This document shows, piece by piece, positions 41,066 through 53,267 of a DNA stretch of 64,000 nucleotides. This DNA is from an uncultured cyanobacterium. Its GTDB lineage: Bacteria > Cyanobacteriota > Cyanobacteriia > Cyanobacteriales > Microcystaceae. The position numbers and the translations under genes are program-made. The notes under the pieces are model-generated. The model was not told where the DNA came from. It worked only from the letters and a program-made list of their open reading frames with translations, and did no database searches. Numbering within the stretch: the stretch's first letter is position 1; every line of letters starts with the position of its first letter. The DNA is taken from positions 1 to 64,000 of the forward strand of contig CAWEDJ010000007.1 in assembly GCA_963807635.1 (NCBI GenBank), read 5' to 3'.

Positions 41066-42315
41066 TTAAAGCCTAATTTTATGCCATGTAGAGATCGCGC
41101 TTTGTTGAATTGTTTGTAAAGAATGGCCTGTTTTTGGGCCAACTCAACACAATCTTCATATTCAGGTTGGATATTGAGAATATTTTGAGGATCGAGATTT
41201 TCGGTATAGGCGATTTTGACTCGAACTTCTCCGTAGGGCGTTTTCACGGTCTGAATTTCTCGCTTGAGAATCGCTCTATCCTGAATGGAATAACGAATCC
41301 CCAAAGTGCTGGTTTCCCGAAAAATGACTTCTTGACAAGCCGCGATCGCGTCGGGATGACACAAAACCGTTAATAAAATGCCTGGACGAGATTTTTTCAT
41401 ACCGACAGGCTGAGTAAACACATCGATCGCCCCTGCTTTAAATAAAATATCAAAGAGATAACCCATAATTTGGGGATTGAGATCATCTACCTGGGTTTCC
41501 AATACCGCGATCTTTTCCAATTGGGCAAAGGCAGGAATTTTAGCCTCATGACTGACCAATTCTCCCAACCAAAGCCGTAAAATATTAGCCCTAGGCAACT
41601 CTTGACTTCCTGCCCCTAATCCCATCTTTTGTAATTGCAACTGGGGCGGCAAGCCAAAGGATTCGGCGAGGGTGACTAAAATAGCGGCTCCCGTTGGGGT
41701 AACCAATTCCTTATCGATGCCATTGTGATACACAGGAACTTGGCGCGATTCCCATAATTTCAACACGGCAGGAACTGGCACGGATAAACGCCCATGAGCC
41801 GCCCACACTGTTCCGCCCCCTGTAGGCAACGGCGAGCTATAAATTTTTTCAATGCCTAAATAATCTAATCCCAAACAGGTTCCCACAATATCCACGATCG
41901 CATCCGTCGCCCCGACTTCATGAAAATGGACTTGTTCGGGCGCAATGCCATGTACCAGTCCTTCGGCGATCGCGAGTTTGTGAAAAATCTGTAAACTCCA
42001 ATCCTTGACGCGATCGGGTAGTCTAGCCGTTTGAATAATTTGCTCAATTTCGGGCAAATGTCGAGCATGACGATGACTGAGCGTAGTCGAAGAGTGATGA
42101 TCGGACTTTTCTTGCAACAAATCCACATGAATTTTCGTGGCCGCCTGACCTCGGCGATGAACCGTTTCTTGCCAAAGCCGATATTCTGACCCCAGACCTA
42201 ACCCTTGCAGTTGCTCAATCAGGTATTCTGTCTTAACCCCCGCATCAACCAAGGCCCCCAAACACATATCACCTGAAATTCCTGTTGGACAATCAAAATA
42301 CGCTATCTTTGTCAT
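41066..42315 (-). CDS. larC: Nickel pincer cofactor biosynthesis protein, apparent frameshift near 41130
   Basis: FDCPTGISGDM, HFHEVGATD, ELVTPTGAA, PEYED; stop inferred after frame correction. Confidence 0.9.
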
Positions 42316-42316
42316 T

Positions 42317-42960
42317 ATGGCTACTTTATATACTCTCAATCCTTACAACCCCCAACAACGCAGTGTCAACACTATTTGTGATGCACTTAAACGCGGGGCT
42401 GTTATGCTTTATCCCACCGATACCGTTTATGCGATCGGTTGCGACTTGAACGATAAATCTGCGGTACAACGGGTCAGACAATTAAAGCAATTATCCAATG
42501 ATAAACCGTTGACGTTCCTTTGTTCTTCTCTGTCCAATATTTCTGAATACGCGACGGTCAGTGATCAAGCCTATCGCATTATGAAACGTCTGATCCTGCC
42601 GCTATACTTTTTTTATTACCAACGACGAAATTAGTCCCCAAATTGGTAATGAGTCCCAAGCGTAAAACCACAGGAATTAGGGTTCCCGATCATCCCGTTT
42701 CCCAAGCATTATTAAAAACCTTAGAAAACCCTATTATTTCCACATCCGCCCACCTAGCCGATCAGGATGATTTTGCCAGTCTTGATAAGGCAAAATTATT
42801 TGACATTTTCGACAAATTAGTTGACATTATTGTAGATGATGAAAATGATCCTGGTTTTGAAACTTCTACTATTCTTGATCTGACAAGTCAAGAACCGAGT
42901 GTCGTTCGACGGGGTTTAGGTTGGGAAGCGTTAGAAGAGTTGGTTTCTTTAACGATTTAA
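42317..42960 (+). CDS. Sua5/YrdC/YciO family protein, apparent frameshift near 42597
   Basis: YPTDTVYAIGC, GIRVPD, IISTSA. Confidence 0.9.
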
Positions 42961-43016
42961 AATTCTCTATCCATTATCAACAATTCTCTTAAAAAGACCC
43001 TAATTTCCTCGAAAAA

Positions 43017-43560
43017 ATGAACGTTATTCCCACCCACATTCCTGAGCTTTTCATCCTAGAACCCCGCATTTTTGGGGACGATTGCGGCTTTTTTTTTGAA
43101 AGCTATAATGAAAAATCCTTTGCTGAAAAAACAGGAATTTCCCCCAAGTTTGTTCAGGATAATCATTCTTTATCTCTCAGAAATGTGCTACGGGGTTTAC
43201 ATTACCAAATCCAAGAACCCCAGGAAAATTAGTTCGAGCGGTTTCAGGAGAAGTTTTAGATATAGCGGTTGATATTCGTCGCAGTTCTCCGACCTTTGGA
43301 CAATGGGCAAGTTGTCTTCTGAGTGCAGAAAATAAGCGTCAGTTTTGGATTCCCGAAGGCTTTGCTCACGGATTTGTCGTTTTATCGGATTCTGCTGAAT
43401 TTTTGTATAAAACAACCAATTATTACGCGCCCCAATATGACCGAGTGATTTTGTGGAATGATCCCGACCTGGTGTGGATCGGCAATTAAAAGGGGAACCC
43501 ATTTTATCGGCAAAAGATCAAGCAGGAAAACGCGTTAAAGAAGCCGATCTTTTTGACTAA
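43017..43560 (+). CDS. rfbC: dTDP-4-dehydrorhamnose 3,5-epimerase, two apparent frameshifts
   Basis: FVQDNHS, VLRGLHYQ, FWIPEGFAHGF, ILSAKD. Confidence 0.9.
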
Positions 43561-43563
43561 TTC

Positions 43564-43977
43564 TTATTCTACCCCAAAGAATTCTCTAGCCGTAACAATA
43601 GAAATTCCAAGAAACGGATTCAAAATTAATAAATCTTGGTTTCCGCTCACGATTAACTCGGCATCACCATTAACCGCCAATTCCAAAAATTTATCATCCC
43701 TCGCATCTCGACAAACATTAACTGTTTTACTAATTTCAACAAAACGAACTAACTCACCTAACCAAGTAATAAATAAATCTCTTTCAATTAAAGAGACATA
43801 ACGCTCGAACTTTGGTCTTGTTAAAACCTCTATTATTTCCTGCCAGATAGACTCTGACATCAAAACAGTTCCTTGATGCCTTGCCTTGTCCAATGCCCGC
43901 CGAGGTTGACTATTTTTAAACAATAAAGCACTAACGATAATATTGTTATCCAACACATAGTTAGGGGGCTTTTTCAT
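43564..43977 (-). CDS. PIN-domain toxin
   Basis: VLDNNIIVSALL, CRDARDDKFLELA, IVSGNQDLL. Confidence 0.9.
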   Translation of the reverse strand: MKKPPNYVLDNNIIVSALLFKNSQPRRALDKARHQGTVLMSESIWQEIIEVLTRPKFERYVSLIERDLFITWLGELVRFVEISKTVNVCRDARDDKFLELAVNGDAELIVSGNQDLLILNPFLGISIVTAREFFGVE

Positions 43978-44206
43978 TCAGAATTGTCTCCAAAATCTCT
44001 GGTGTTAAACCCCTAGCAACCGCCCTATCACTAATTTCATCCATTAATTTACCAAGAAAATCAACTTCCTCGTTAACATCCTCTCTCAAAAAAATGCTAA
44101 CTAGAGTTGATAAAGATGATTTTTGGCGATCCGTCGCTTTTTGATAGGCTTGAGCAACGTTAAGACTAACTTTAATTTTAATTTCTTCACTAATCTGCAT
44201 AGTCAA
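43961..44206 (-). CDS. Putative antitoxin
   Basis: Overlaps the toxin start; ARGLTPEILETIL motif. Confidence 0.75.
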   Translation of the reverse strand: MTMQISEEIKIKVSLNVAQAYQKATDRQKSSLSTLVSIFLREDVNEEVDFLGKLMDEISDRAVARGLTPEILETILNEKAP

Positions 44207-44479
44207 GACTCGTTGATAGTATTTTCATCATTATATCGGATCAAGGCGATCGCGGTTTTATTGTGGGTAATTGACAAGAGCGATCACTCCTCTAGAATAA
44301 TGAATAGAGGATAACTAAACAGAGGACAAAATAATGCCAATCCGACAACCCAAACATAGCAAAGAAGAGTTTGCTCAATGTGGCGATCGCAATCAATAAA
44401 GTGTGATTGAAGAAAAAGACTCAGCGTATAATAGAAACTGAAATCTCGAACCTCATCAAAAAAACAGGAGACAAACCCC

Positions 44480-45202
44480 TTGCTGACCCTTGGAGTCAAC
44501 ATTGATCATGTTGCAACCCTTCGCCAGGCGCGACAAACCGTAGAACCCGATCCCATCGCGGCGGCAGTTTTAGCAGAATTAGGGGGCGCAGACGGCATTA
44601 CAGTCCATTTACGGGAAGATCGTCGTCATATCCAAGAAAGAGATGTTCGTCTCCTTCGGCAAACCGTTCGGACTCATCTCAACCTCGAAATGGCCGCCAC
44701 CCAGGAAATGGTCGCGATCGCCTTAGACATTAAACCCGACTATGTGACTCTAGTTCCCGAAAAACGACAGGAAGTCACCACAGAAGGAGGCTTGGATATT
44801 GTGGGAAACCTGGATTATCTTTGTCGGGTAGTCGATCAACTGCAATGGGCCGAGATTCCTGTTAGTTTGTTTATTGATGCCGAAAACTCCCAATTAGAAG
44901 CTTCTGCTAAAACCCAAGCAAAATTTATCGAACTCCACACGGGCAAATATGCCGACGCGCCCAATGGGACTTTACAAGCAAAAGAATTAGAAGTGCTTAA
45001 ACTCGGCTGTGAACAGGCCCTGAGCTTAGGATTGCGGGTTAATGCAGGACATGGTTTAACCTACTGGAATGTTTATCCCGTCGCGGGGTTGCCTGGCATG
45101 GAAGAACTCAATATTGGCCATACCATCATTAGTCGAGCAGTTTTAGTCGGCATGGAGCGGGCTGTACGTGAAATGAAATTAGCCATCAGGGGACAGGTTT
45201 AA
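44480..45202 (+). CDS. pdxJ: Pyridoxine 5'-phosphate synthase
   Basis: [27 protein letters not shown]. Confidence 0.97.
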   Translation: MLTLGVNIDHVATLRQARQTVEPDPIAAAVLAELGGADGITVHLREDRRHIQERDVRLLRQTVRTHLNLEMAATQEMVAIALDIKPDYVTLVPEKRQEVTTEGGLDIVGNLDYLCRVVDQLQWAEIPVSLFIDAENSQLEASAKTQAKFIELHTGKYADAPNGTLQAKELEVLKLGCEQALSLGLRVNAGHGLTYWNVYPVAGLPGMEELNIGHTIISRAVLVGMERAVREMKLAIRGQV

Positions 45203-45262
45203 CCCCAAATCATGGTAGTTTAAAACTAAGAGAGTTATTAAATTTAATCCCCACATTTACAG

Positions 45263-45592
45263 ATGACGACCTATTATTACCTTTTAGCCAGCGAAAAATT
45301 CTTGTTAGAAGAAGCTCTAGAAAAAGAAGTTCTCAAAGAACGGATCAGAAATTACGCTGAACAGAAGAAAGAAATTGATTTTTGGCAAGTCAAACAGCCC
45401 GCTTTCCTAGAAGCACCTGAAATGAAAGACCTTAAAGCAAAAAGCCCTGAGAAACCTGTGGCAATCATTTCTACCAGTAAACAGTTTATTGTCTGGTTAA
45501 AACTCCGCCTTGAGTACGTTTTAACAGGAGAATTTGAAGCTCCTTCTGCATCAATTCCCGATCCATTGGCTTCTTTAGAAACTGTTGCTTAA
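45263..45592 (+). CDS. ycf54: MgPME cyclase accessory protein
   Basis: YYYLLASEKFL, WLKLRLEYV. Confidence 0.9.
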   Translation: MTTYYYLLASEKFLLEEALEKEVLKERIRNYAEQKKEIDFWQVKQPAFLEAPEMKDLKAKSPEKPVAIISTSKQFIVWLKLRLEYVLTGEFEAPSASIPDPLASLETVA

Positions 45593-45733
45593 TTTTTTCG
45601 CGATCGCGTCAACAATTGCTGACTATTTTAAGAAAAGCTAACAGCCAGTTCTAGATCTGTGGAGAAACTCTTTTTCAGTGCTACCTTTGAATAGGGAATA
45701 CCCACAAAGAAAGTGCCAACAGGTGAGGAATCT

Positions 45734-46033
45734 ATGAGTAATCAACACCGTTCCTTTGATTGTACTAGCGCGGAATTGGAGAAAGCGGTTATTAGTCGGT
45801 ATCGCCATCTGGTGACCTGGTTACCGTCTGATTGTCGGGTGTTTCGGGAGCCTTGGGATTGTTCGACTGTCCTCTGTCTGGATTTTGCCAAATGTCCTTA
45901 CATGGTCTCAGTGGTACAAATGGAAGCCCAGTCTTTAGCGGATGTTGCTCAGGAATTAGGGTTGGCTAATGCGATCATCTTTCGGATTGGAAATAGGTTT
46001 ATGGGGTGGAATAGTAGCGCAGAAAATTGCTAG
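45734..46033 (+). CDS. Conserved cyanobacterial hypothetical protein
   Basis: CRVFREPWDCSTVLCLDF; GAGG RBS before ATG 45734. Confidence 0.65.
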   Translation: MSNQHRSFDCTSAELEKAVISRYRHLVTWLPSDCRVFREPWDCSTVLCLDFAKCPYMVSVVQMEAQSLADVAQELGLANAIIFRIGNRFMGWNSSAENC

Positions 46034-46100
46034 AGAAATATCAATTATTAGGTTTTTTCATTTTATAAACTAGCTATTAAATCAAAATTGTAACGATTAA

Positions 46101-47032
46101 CTATTGCGCCAATTTTGAATCTAAATTGAGACAGGCTCCAATTGTTTCTAGTACGGATTTTCCCAGACTCTCCAGATCATAACCGCCTTCTAAACCAAAA
46201 ACGATTCGACGAGTAAGGGTTAATAAATCCTTAGTAAAAATACCATAATCCGAAGGTTGTAAATTCATATCAGCTAAAGGATCATCCCTATTCGCATCAT
46301 AACCCGCACTTACAATTAATAAATCGGGTTTAAAACGGTCTAAAAATGGCATCACTTTTTCAACAAATGCAGGCTGATATTGTTCCAAAGAACTGCCTGC
46401 TTTCATCGGAATATTTAATACATTATTATAGTGACCCCGATCGCTTTCTTGACCCGTGCCTGGATAACAAGGGAATTGATGGAGGGAACAATAGGCGATA
46501 TGGGGGTTATTTTCGACCAATAGCTCCGTTCCATTGCCATGATGCACATCCCAATCGACAATGGCGACTCGTTTAATCTCAGGTTGCTCCAGGGCATAAT
46601 GGGCAGCGATCGCGGCATTAGAAAACAAACAAAATCCCATCCCCGTATTGCTAACGGCATGATGGCCAGGGGGCGAGCGAGGACAAAGGCGGGATCATTG
46701 GTCGCTAAAACTCGATCAATGCCGTCTAACCACCCATTAACCGCTAATAGGGCGATTTTATAACTCTCGGCGGAAATTGGCGTGTCCATATCCAAGGCTC
46801 CTCCCCCTTTTTCGGCGATCGCTTTGACTCGATCAATATAGGTTTGAGTGTGGAGTTTTTGGATAAAAGGTAAGGGATTGCGATCGCTGTTTGGTAATTG
46901 CCAATGGAGTTGATTCTGCCAGGGAGCTTGATGCAAAGCGTTAACGATTGCTGTTAGGCGGGCAGGAGATTCAGGATGAAATGAACCTGTTTTATGGTTT
47001 AAAAATTGCTCAGAATAAATAATAGTAACCAT
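46101..47032 (-). CDS. Histone deacetylase family protein, apparent frameshift near 46670
   Basis: HPESPARL, GFCLFSN, DWDVHHGNGT, LEGGY. Confidence 0.9.
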
Positions 47033-47101
47033 TTTGTCAAGAATAAAATTTTAATATTAACTTGGCATAAAAAACTTTTTAATTCTATCTAAAAATAAAG
47101 A

Positions 47102-47760
47102 CTAAATTATAATATTTAAAGAAGCTCGAATATCGCTTAAAGGATTTTCCCATAAGCTATTCCATTGAATTCCAAAAACGGGTTTCGCTTGTTTCGCCAT
47201 TAACCATCCTTCGCTTAAAGCATCTAAATACTCTACTCCATTCTCGATATTAAATACAGCAGACTTGAGCAAATTTTTGGCTAGTAATGCTAACCAGAAA
47301 CGAGACGCATAGAGTTGAGCAAAAGAAAAGGCTTCTAATTTAATTTCCCCATAAATACTGGTATCACTTCCTGTTATAACGTGCCAAATATCATGGCTTT
47401 CTGTAATATGAGCTAATAAAAACTGATGGTTATTATTAATTTCTCCTGCTAACAAGGGTTTGAGATTATTTGTGATCATGTGTTCAGCGTAGGCATGTCC
47501 AAAAGTATTTTTTGGTAGCTGATATAGTTTTTCTACATCCACATTCCCCAAGCAAATACGTTCTTCAAAGGCTCTTTGACATTGGCGATCGCGACAAAGA
47601 AACTCAATCATTAAGTCCAGACTAACGGGATCATTGCTGGATTGGGAAAGGGGGCCAAAACTCCAAAATCGCCATCGGGAGCTTTGACCATTTCCCAAAA
47701 ACTTTCTAGTAAAGAGGCTTCCCAATCTTCTTTACATCTTTTCAAATCTTCCATTTGCAT
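47102..47760 (-). CDS. Coq4 family protein, apparent frameshift near 47652
   Basis: LPKNTFG and ESHDIWHVITG...GE motifs. Confidence 0.8.
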
Positions 47761-47869
47761 CTCCAAAAGTTAGTGTTCACTGTAACATAAATCTCTTCTT
47801 GTTTAGTAAAATTTTATGAGTTTCAAGAGTTTTCTTAATATCTTACATTTAATCGTTAGTGTGAAATAC

Positions 47870-49210
47870 TTAAATAGACTGAATACAATAATTGATTAAT
47901 TCTTCCACATCTTTGATAGGAAAGATAGGGGTTCGAAGGGCTTGGGCAACATCTTCTAGCGTTAAATCATCCAAAAATTTAGTGTCATCATGCTTCAGCA
48001 TCAAGGAAGGTAATAAAATTCCTTCTCCTAAATCTTTATTTTGTAAACCATCGATTAAATCTTGTCCCGTTAATAAACCTGTTACAGTAATTTCCTGTCC
48101 CCAATAATCACTTCGTAGAGGAGCAAGAGTAATTGTTAAATTTTCGACTTTATTTAATTGCTTAACTAACGGTTCAAAGGCTTTTTCTACCGCATTACCC
48201 ACAACCCAAGTAAAATGTTTCGGCTGGTCAATTTTTTGGGGGAGTAACTGCTGGGCTAAATTTAAAAAATGCTTAATAAATTGACGAATTGATCCGACAC
48301 CATTGCCGATTTGGGGATAATCTTCGTAATGGGATTCGGGGGGCAATTCAGTTTGGGCAATCAGAAACCATTCATCGGCTAACCAGGCAAAATGACTCTT
48401 AAATTTTTTCTGGAATTTAAGTTGTAATCTTTGTACTTGCTCAATCACTTCTAAGGCTTTCTCTCGGCTAACAGGAATTAATTCATCTTCTGCGGGTCGA
48501 AAACGGGTTAAACCAACGGGAACAACGGCGGCAGAAATAACGGTAGGAATTTGTCCTTGATGAAATTTTGCCAATTCTAAAAGGGTTCTTTCTAAATGAA
48601 TATCATCGTTAATCCCTGGACAAACAACGACCTGGGCATGGATTTGTAAGCGTCTTTCTTTGAACCAGTTTAATTGGTCTAAGAGTTGACCTGCACGCTG
48701 ATTTTTGAGCAGTCGAATGCGAATATCGGGTTCTGTAGCGTGGACGGAAACATAGAGGGGAGATAGCCGCATTTGTTCGATGCGTTGCCATTCCTTTTGG
48801 TTTAAATTTGTGAGGGTTAAATAACTCCCATAGAGAAAACTGAGGCGATAATCATCATCCTTAAAATATAAACTCTCTCGTTTTCCTGGAGGTTGTTGGT
48901 CAATAAAACAAAAGGGACAATGATTATTACATTGAATGAGACCATCAAATAAGGCATTTTCAAAACTTAATCCCAAATCTTCATCATAATCTTTTTCGAT
49001 TTCAACTTTATGGAGTTTTCCCTGGGTGTCAATGACTTCTAATTCTAAATATTCATCGGCACATAAAAATTGATAGTCGATTAAATCCCTCGGTTTCATG
49101 CCGTTAATAGAGGCGATCGCGTCCCCAGGTTCAAACCCTAATTCCTCAGCAATAGATTTGGGAATAACAGCGTTAATTTTAGCAGGACGAATAGATAATT
49201 CACTCATCAT
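47870..49210 (-). CDS. PDZ + radical-SAM-like DUF512 protein (TIGR03279 type)
   Basis: CNNHCPFCFIDQ, KDDDYRLSFLYG. Confidence 0.9.
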   Translation of the reverse strand: MMSELSIRPAKINAVIPKSIAEELGFEPGDAIASINGMKPRDLIDYQFLCADEYLELEVIDTQGKLHKVEIEKDYDEDLGLSFENALFDGLIQCNNHCPFCFIDQQPPGKRESLYFKDDDYRLSFLYGSYLTLTNLNQKEWQRIEQMRLSPLYVSVHATEPDIRIRLLKNQRAGQLLDQLNWFKERRLQIHAQVVVCPGINDDIHLERTLLELAKFHQGQIPTVISAAVVPVGLTRFRPAEDELIPVSREKALEVIEQVQRLQLKFQKKFKSHFAWLADEWFLIAQTELPPESHYEDYPQIGNGVGSIRQFIKHFLNLAQQLLPQKIDQPKHFTWVVGNAVEKAFEPLVKQLNKVENLTITLAPLRSDYWGQEITVTGLLTGQDLIDGLQNKDLGEGILLPSLMLKHDDTKFLDDLTLEDVAQALRTPIFPIKDVEELINYCIQSI

Positions 49211-49337
49211 TCTAGGATAATAATATTTTGAACAAAATTCAATAGGCACTGTTGCGATCGCCTCTTGCGTGATTTATCAAAATGTAACCCTGGGGGGGAT
49301 AATGGCTTAAAGTAGTTTTCATTTATCATTCTTAGCC

Positions 49338-50324
49338 ATGATTGAAGTTGAACATCTCAGCAAAATTTACGGTTCAACAGCAGCGATTCAGGATGTGGAT
49401 TTTTCGGTTGCAACGGGAGAAATTCTCGGTTTTTTGGTCAAATGGGGCGGGCAAAACCACGACGATGCGAATTTTAGCGGGTTATATTCCAGCGACAACG
49501 GGAACGGCACGCATTGCAGGCTTTGATGTCCATGAAAAATCTTTGGAAGTCCGCCAAAATATTGGTTATTTGCCCGAAAATCCGCCCCTTTATCCCGATA
49601 TGACCGTAGAAGGATTTTTGACTTTTGTGGCGAGTATTAAAGGGATTCCCGCAGGCGATCGCTCCTCCAAGGTGAATTCCGCTATTGAACGCTGTCAGCT
49701 TACGGAAAAGCGCAAAGTCTTAATCCATAAACTATCCAAGGGTTATAAGCAACGGGTTGGCATTGCCCAGGCGATCGTCCATGATCCTCCTGTCATTATT
49801 TTGGATGAACCGACCGTCGGGCTTGATCCCAAACAAATTATCGAAGTCCGTCATCTGATCAAAAGCTTGGCCAATCAGCACACGATTATTTTATCGACCC
49901 ATATTTTGCCCGAAGTTAGCATGACCTGCGATCGCGTTACGATTATTAATCGCGGTAAAATCATTGCAACCAATACGCCTGAAAATTTGCTGTCTGAATT
50001 AACGGGTAATACGGGCTATAAATTAGAAATCGAGGGAAATACCGACAATTTAGAATCCTTATTTAAACAAATTAACGGCATTACTCAAGTAATTATTAAA
50101 CCCTTAGAAAATCAATCTCGTGCAATTATTGAAATCAGAACAGATTCGACCCAAGAATTAGGCGAGAAATTGCTAATTTATTAATTCACAATAATCTAGG
50201 GCTATATGAAATGCGTCGCACCTGCGCCACCCTAGAAGATGTTTTTCTGAATTTAATTACAACCGAAGAAGCTGTTCCCCATAATGAACAGTTGAACGTT
50301 GATAATATCGTAGAAACTGAATAA
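49338..50324 (+). CDS. ABC ATP-binding protein (GldA-like), two apparent frameshifts
   Basis: NGAGKTT, LSKGYKQR, ILDEPT; C-terminal TLEDVF in a shifted frame. Confidence 0.9.
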
Positions 50325-50389
50325 ATTATGAATAAATCAAGTTCTAAAAATCTGTATATTTAATCTAACAATAATGCAATCAAAAACAA

Positions 50390-51193
50390 ATGATAAAAAA
50401 AATTAAAATCTTTATTTCTAACCTGCTGGCAATTTTTCGGAAAGAACTACTCGGTTACTTTGCCGCCCCTTTTGCCTACGTGATTTCAGGAGTTTTTTGG
50501 TTAATTGCAGGCCTATTTTTCGGGATTATTTTAGATGGTATTATTCAAAATGCTGCTTTTGTCGATCAAGGCGGTATAGAATCGGCGGGAATGGATGTGG
50601 CAAGTCAATTTTTAAGTTCCTATTTAGGCGTTATTATTTCCCTAATTTTAGTATTATTGCCTGCTCTGTCGATGGGTCTTTATGCCGAAGAACGGAAACG
50701 GGGAACCTTAGAATTATTAGCCACTTCTCCACTTACCAATTGGGTCGTTGCATTAGGAAAATTACTAGGAGTTCTGACGTTTTTTACGGTGATGATGGTT
50801 CCTCTCTGGATCTATCAAGCGATCGTTTTTAGTGCGTCCGATCCTGCTTTACCGATTAGCATTATTTTCCTAGCAAATCTCGCCGTTATACTCGTTGCCG
50901 CTTCTATTTTATCCTTGGGAATGTTTATTTCTTCCCTAACAGAAAGCTCGATTGTGGCTTATATTTTGAGCTTTATTTTAATTTTACTTCTGTGGATTGT
51001 GGATGTCGTTGCTCAACGAGTGAGTGGATTTATGGGAGATTTTTTATCCTATTTATCTTTGTTTAATCATTTCAATACCTTGACAAGCGGTGTATTAGAA
51101 ACGAAAAGTATTGTTTTGTTTATCAGTTATATTTTTCTGGGTATTTTTCTCACTGCCCAATCCATCGAAGCTCTGCGTTTTCAACGTTCTTAA
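50390..51193 (+). CDS. ABC-2 permease (GldF-like)
   Basis: AEERKRGTLELLATSP; 6 TM. Confidence 0.9.
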   Translation: MIKKIKIFISNLLAIFRKELLGYFAAPFAYVISGVFWLIAGLFFGIILDGIIQNAAFVDQGGIESAGMDVASQFLSSYLGVIISLILVLLPALSMGLYAEERKRGTLELLATSPLTNWVVALGKLLGVLTFFTVMMVPLWIYQAIVFSASDPALPISIIFLANLAVILVAASILSLGMFISSLTESSIVAYILSFILILLLWIVDVVAQRVSGFMGDFLSYLSLFNHFNTLTSGVLETKSIVLFISYIFLGIFLTAQSIEALRFQRS

Positions 51194-51239
51194 TTTATCT
51201 AATTTTTATTAATCAGCAACCCTAGCAATTAATTTCTTT

Positions 51240-53261
51240 ATGCAAAACTTTTTACAAAAAATTCAACCCTATTTAAAGTATTTAAAATATTTTTATCTGC
51301 CAGGCGTTTTTTTAACCGTTGCGGGCGCGATCGCGGGAATCACATCGGGAGTTTGGTCATCGCTGTACCTCGGATTAATGATTGCGGGTGCGGTCTTTTT
51401 ATTGATTTGGCTGACATGGCTTGTGAGCAACACCCCCAACTTTTTGACCAGACGCTCCACCCAGGCGGGAACGAATGTTTTAGTGGGGACGATCGCGATT
51501 TTAGTGATTGTAGGAATTATCAACTTTTTAGGCTTTCGATTTTCCAGCCGTATTGATTTCACCGACAATCAACTGTTTACCCTTTCCCCCCAAACCCAAG
51601 AGATTATTACTAATCTGAAAAAGCCCGTCAAACTCTGGATTTTTGATAGTCCCCCTGACCCTGGCGATCAGGATTTATTAAATAATTTTCGGCGTTATAA
51701 TGCTAATTTTTCCTTTGAATTTGTTAATCCCGATCAAAAGCCTGGTTTAGTTAAAGCCTTTAATGTCAAATCCCAGGGCGATGTTTATCTCGAATTTGGT
51801 GACAAAAAACAACTCGTTCAAACCCTGATTAACTTTAATCGACGCGAACCTTTATCAGAAATTAAACTGACCAATGCCATTGAAAAAATTCAGCGCGATC
51901 GCATTTTAAATGTTTATTTCTTACAGGGTCACGGTGAACATCCTCTCAATACGGCCAAAGAAGGCCTGTCGGAAGCAGTCAATAATCTAGAAAATAAAGG
52001 CTTTAAGGTCAATCCCCTCAATTTAGTCGAAAGTTCCGCTATTCCCGACAATACCAACGCCATTATTATCGCAGGCCCCAAACGCAAATTATTTGAGCAA
52101 GAAGTCGCTACCCTCCAGAAATACACCGAGCAAGGGGGCAGTTTGTTCGTGATGATTGACCCTGAAACTGACCCAGGACTCGATCCTCTGCTCAAACAAT
52201 GGGGCGTTACCCTTGACCCTAGAATTATCATGGATCTTTCTGGTGCGGGTAGTTTAATTGGACTCGGCCCTGCCGCTCCTGTGATCACCACCTATGGAGA
52301 ACATCCCATCACCAAAGAATTTGGGAACGGTATGTCAATTTTTCCCCTCTCTCGCCCCATTGCCACCGTCAAAACACCGAATATTCTCGCCGTTACTCTG
52401 TTAGAAGCCTCTGATAAAATGTGGGCCAAAAAAGAGTTAACGGGAGAAGAACTGGTCTTTGATCCCAAGCAGGATTTAGTTGGCCCTTTTGATTTAGGAG
52501 TTGCTCTCACTCGCACAGAAGATCCCAACCAGAAAGTTGCTCCTTCTCCTTCCCCTGCAATATCCCCTTCTCCTGCAACCCGTTCTCAGGAATCTCCTAC
52601 GGTTCAACCATCAGCAAGTCCAAGTGTACCCCCTAGTCTTGCTCCTTCTCCCACTGTTTCGCCGACAGTTTCCCCAACAATTTCTCCCACTCCAACCTCA
52701 TCAATTTCTCCCAGTCCTCTTGGCTCCCCATCTCCACTTGTTTCTCCATCTCCTCAACCTTCTAGTTCTCCCCAAAAGACTGGTTTTAATCGATCACCTT
52801 TTTCAGCCAAATTAGTTTCCTACGCGATCGCGCAAGCCAGTCCTGAAATTTCTCCTAGCCCAACGCCTTCTATTTCACCGACTACATCCCCTAGTCCCCT
52901 AGTATCCCCTTCTCCTACCTCCGCCTCTCCTAGTCCCCTAGTCTCCCCCTCTCCTGCTGTCAGTCCAACGGAAACTAAGAAAACTGAAAAAATGACTTCA
53001 AAAATGGTTGTCATCGGTAATTCTACCTTTGCCACAAATCAATGGTTTGGGGAACAACTCAATGGGGATGTTTTTCTCAATAGTGTGCAGTGGTTAGCCG
53101 CGACGGATGAACAACCCCTTTCTATTCGCCCGAAAGAACCCAAAAAACGCCGTATTATTCTTACTGGCCTACAAGCGAGTCTGCTTTCTTGGTTATCTTT
53201 AGTGATATTTCCTTTACTCGGAATTAGTTTGGCGATCTCGACTTGGTGGCGTAGAAGATAG
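51240..53261 (+). CDS. GldG-family ABC auxiliary protein with Ser/Pro-rich insertions
   Basis: DFTDNQLFTLSPQT, YFLQGHGE, C-terminal TM + WWRRR. Confidence 0.85.
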   Translation: MQNFLQKIQPYLKYLKYFYLPGVFLTVAGAIAGITSGVWSSLYLGLMIAGAVFLLIWLTWLVSNTPNFLTRRSTQAGTNVLVGTIAILVIVGIINFLGFRFSSRIDFTDNQLFTLSPQTQEIITNLKKPVKLWIFDSPPDPGDQDLLNNFRRYNANFSFEFVNPDQKPGLVKAFNVKSQGDVYLEFGDKKQLVQTLINFNRREPLSEIKLTNAIEKIQRDRILNVYFLQGHGEHPLNTAKEGLSEAVNNLENKGFKVNPLNLVESSAIPDNTNAIIIAGPKRKLFEQEVATLQKYTEQGGSLFVMIDPETDPGLDPLLKQWGVTLDPRIIMDLSGAGSLIGLGPAAPVITTYGEHPITKEFGNGMSIFPLSRPIATVKTPNILAVTLLEASDKMWAKKELTGEELVFDPKQDLVGPFDLGVALTRTEDPNQKVAPSPSPAISPSPATRSQESPTVQPSASPSVPPSLAPSPTVSPTVSPTISPTPTSSISPSPLGSPSPLVSPSPQPSSSPQKTGFNRSPFSAKLVSYAIAQASPEISPSPTPSISPTTSPSPLVSPSPTSASPSPLVSPSPAVSPTETKKTEKMTSKMVVIGNSTFATNQWFGEQLNGDVFLNSVQWLAATDEQPLSIRPKEPKKRRIILTGLQASLLSWLSLVIFPLLGISLAISTWWRRR

Positions 53262-53267
53262 CAGGGA

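Noticed and set aside
44240..44290. Duplicated rfbC segment flanking the PIN toxin-antitoxin pair
   Set aside because: Similarity is too weak to distinguish from chance
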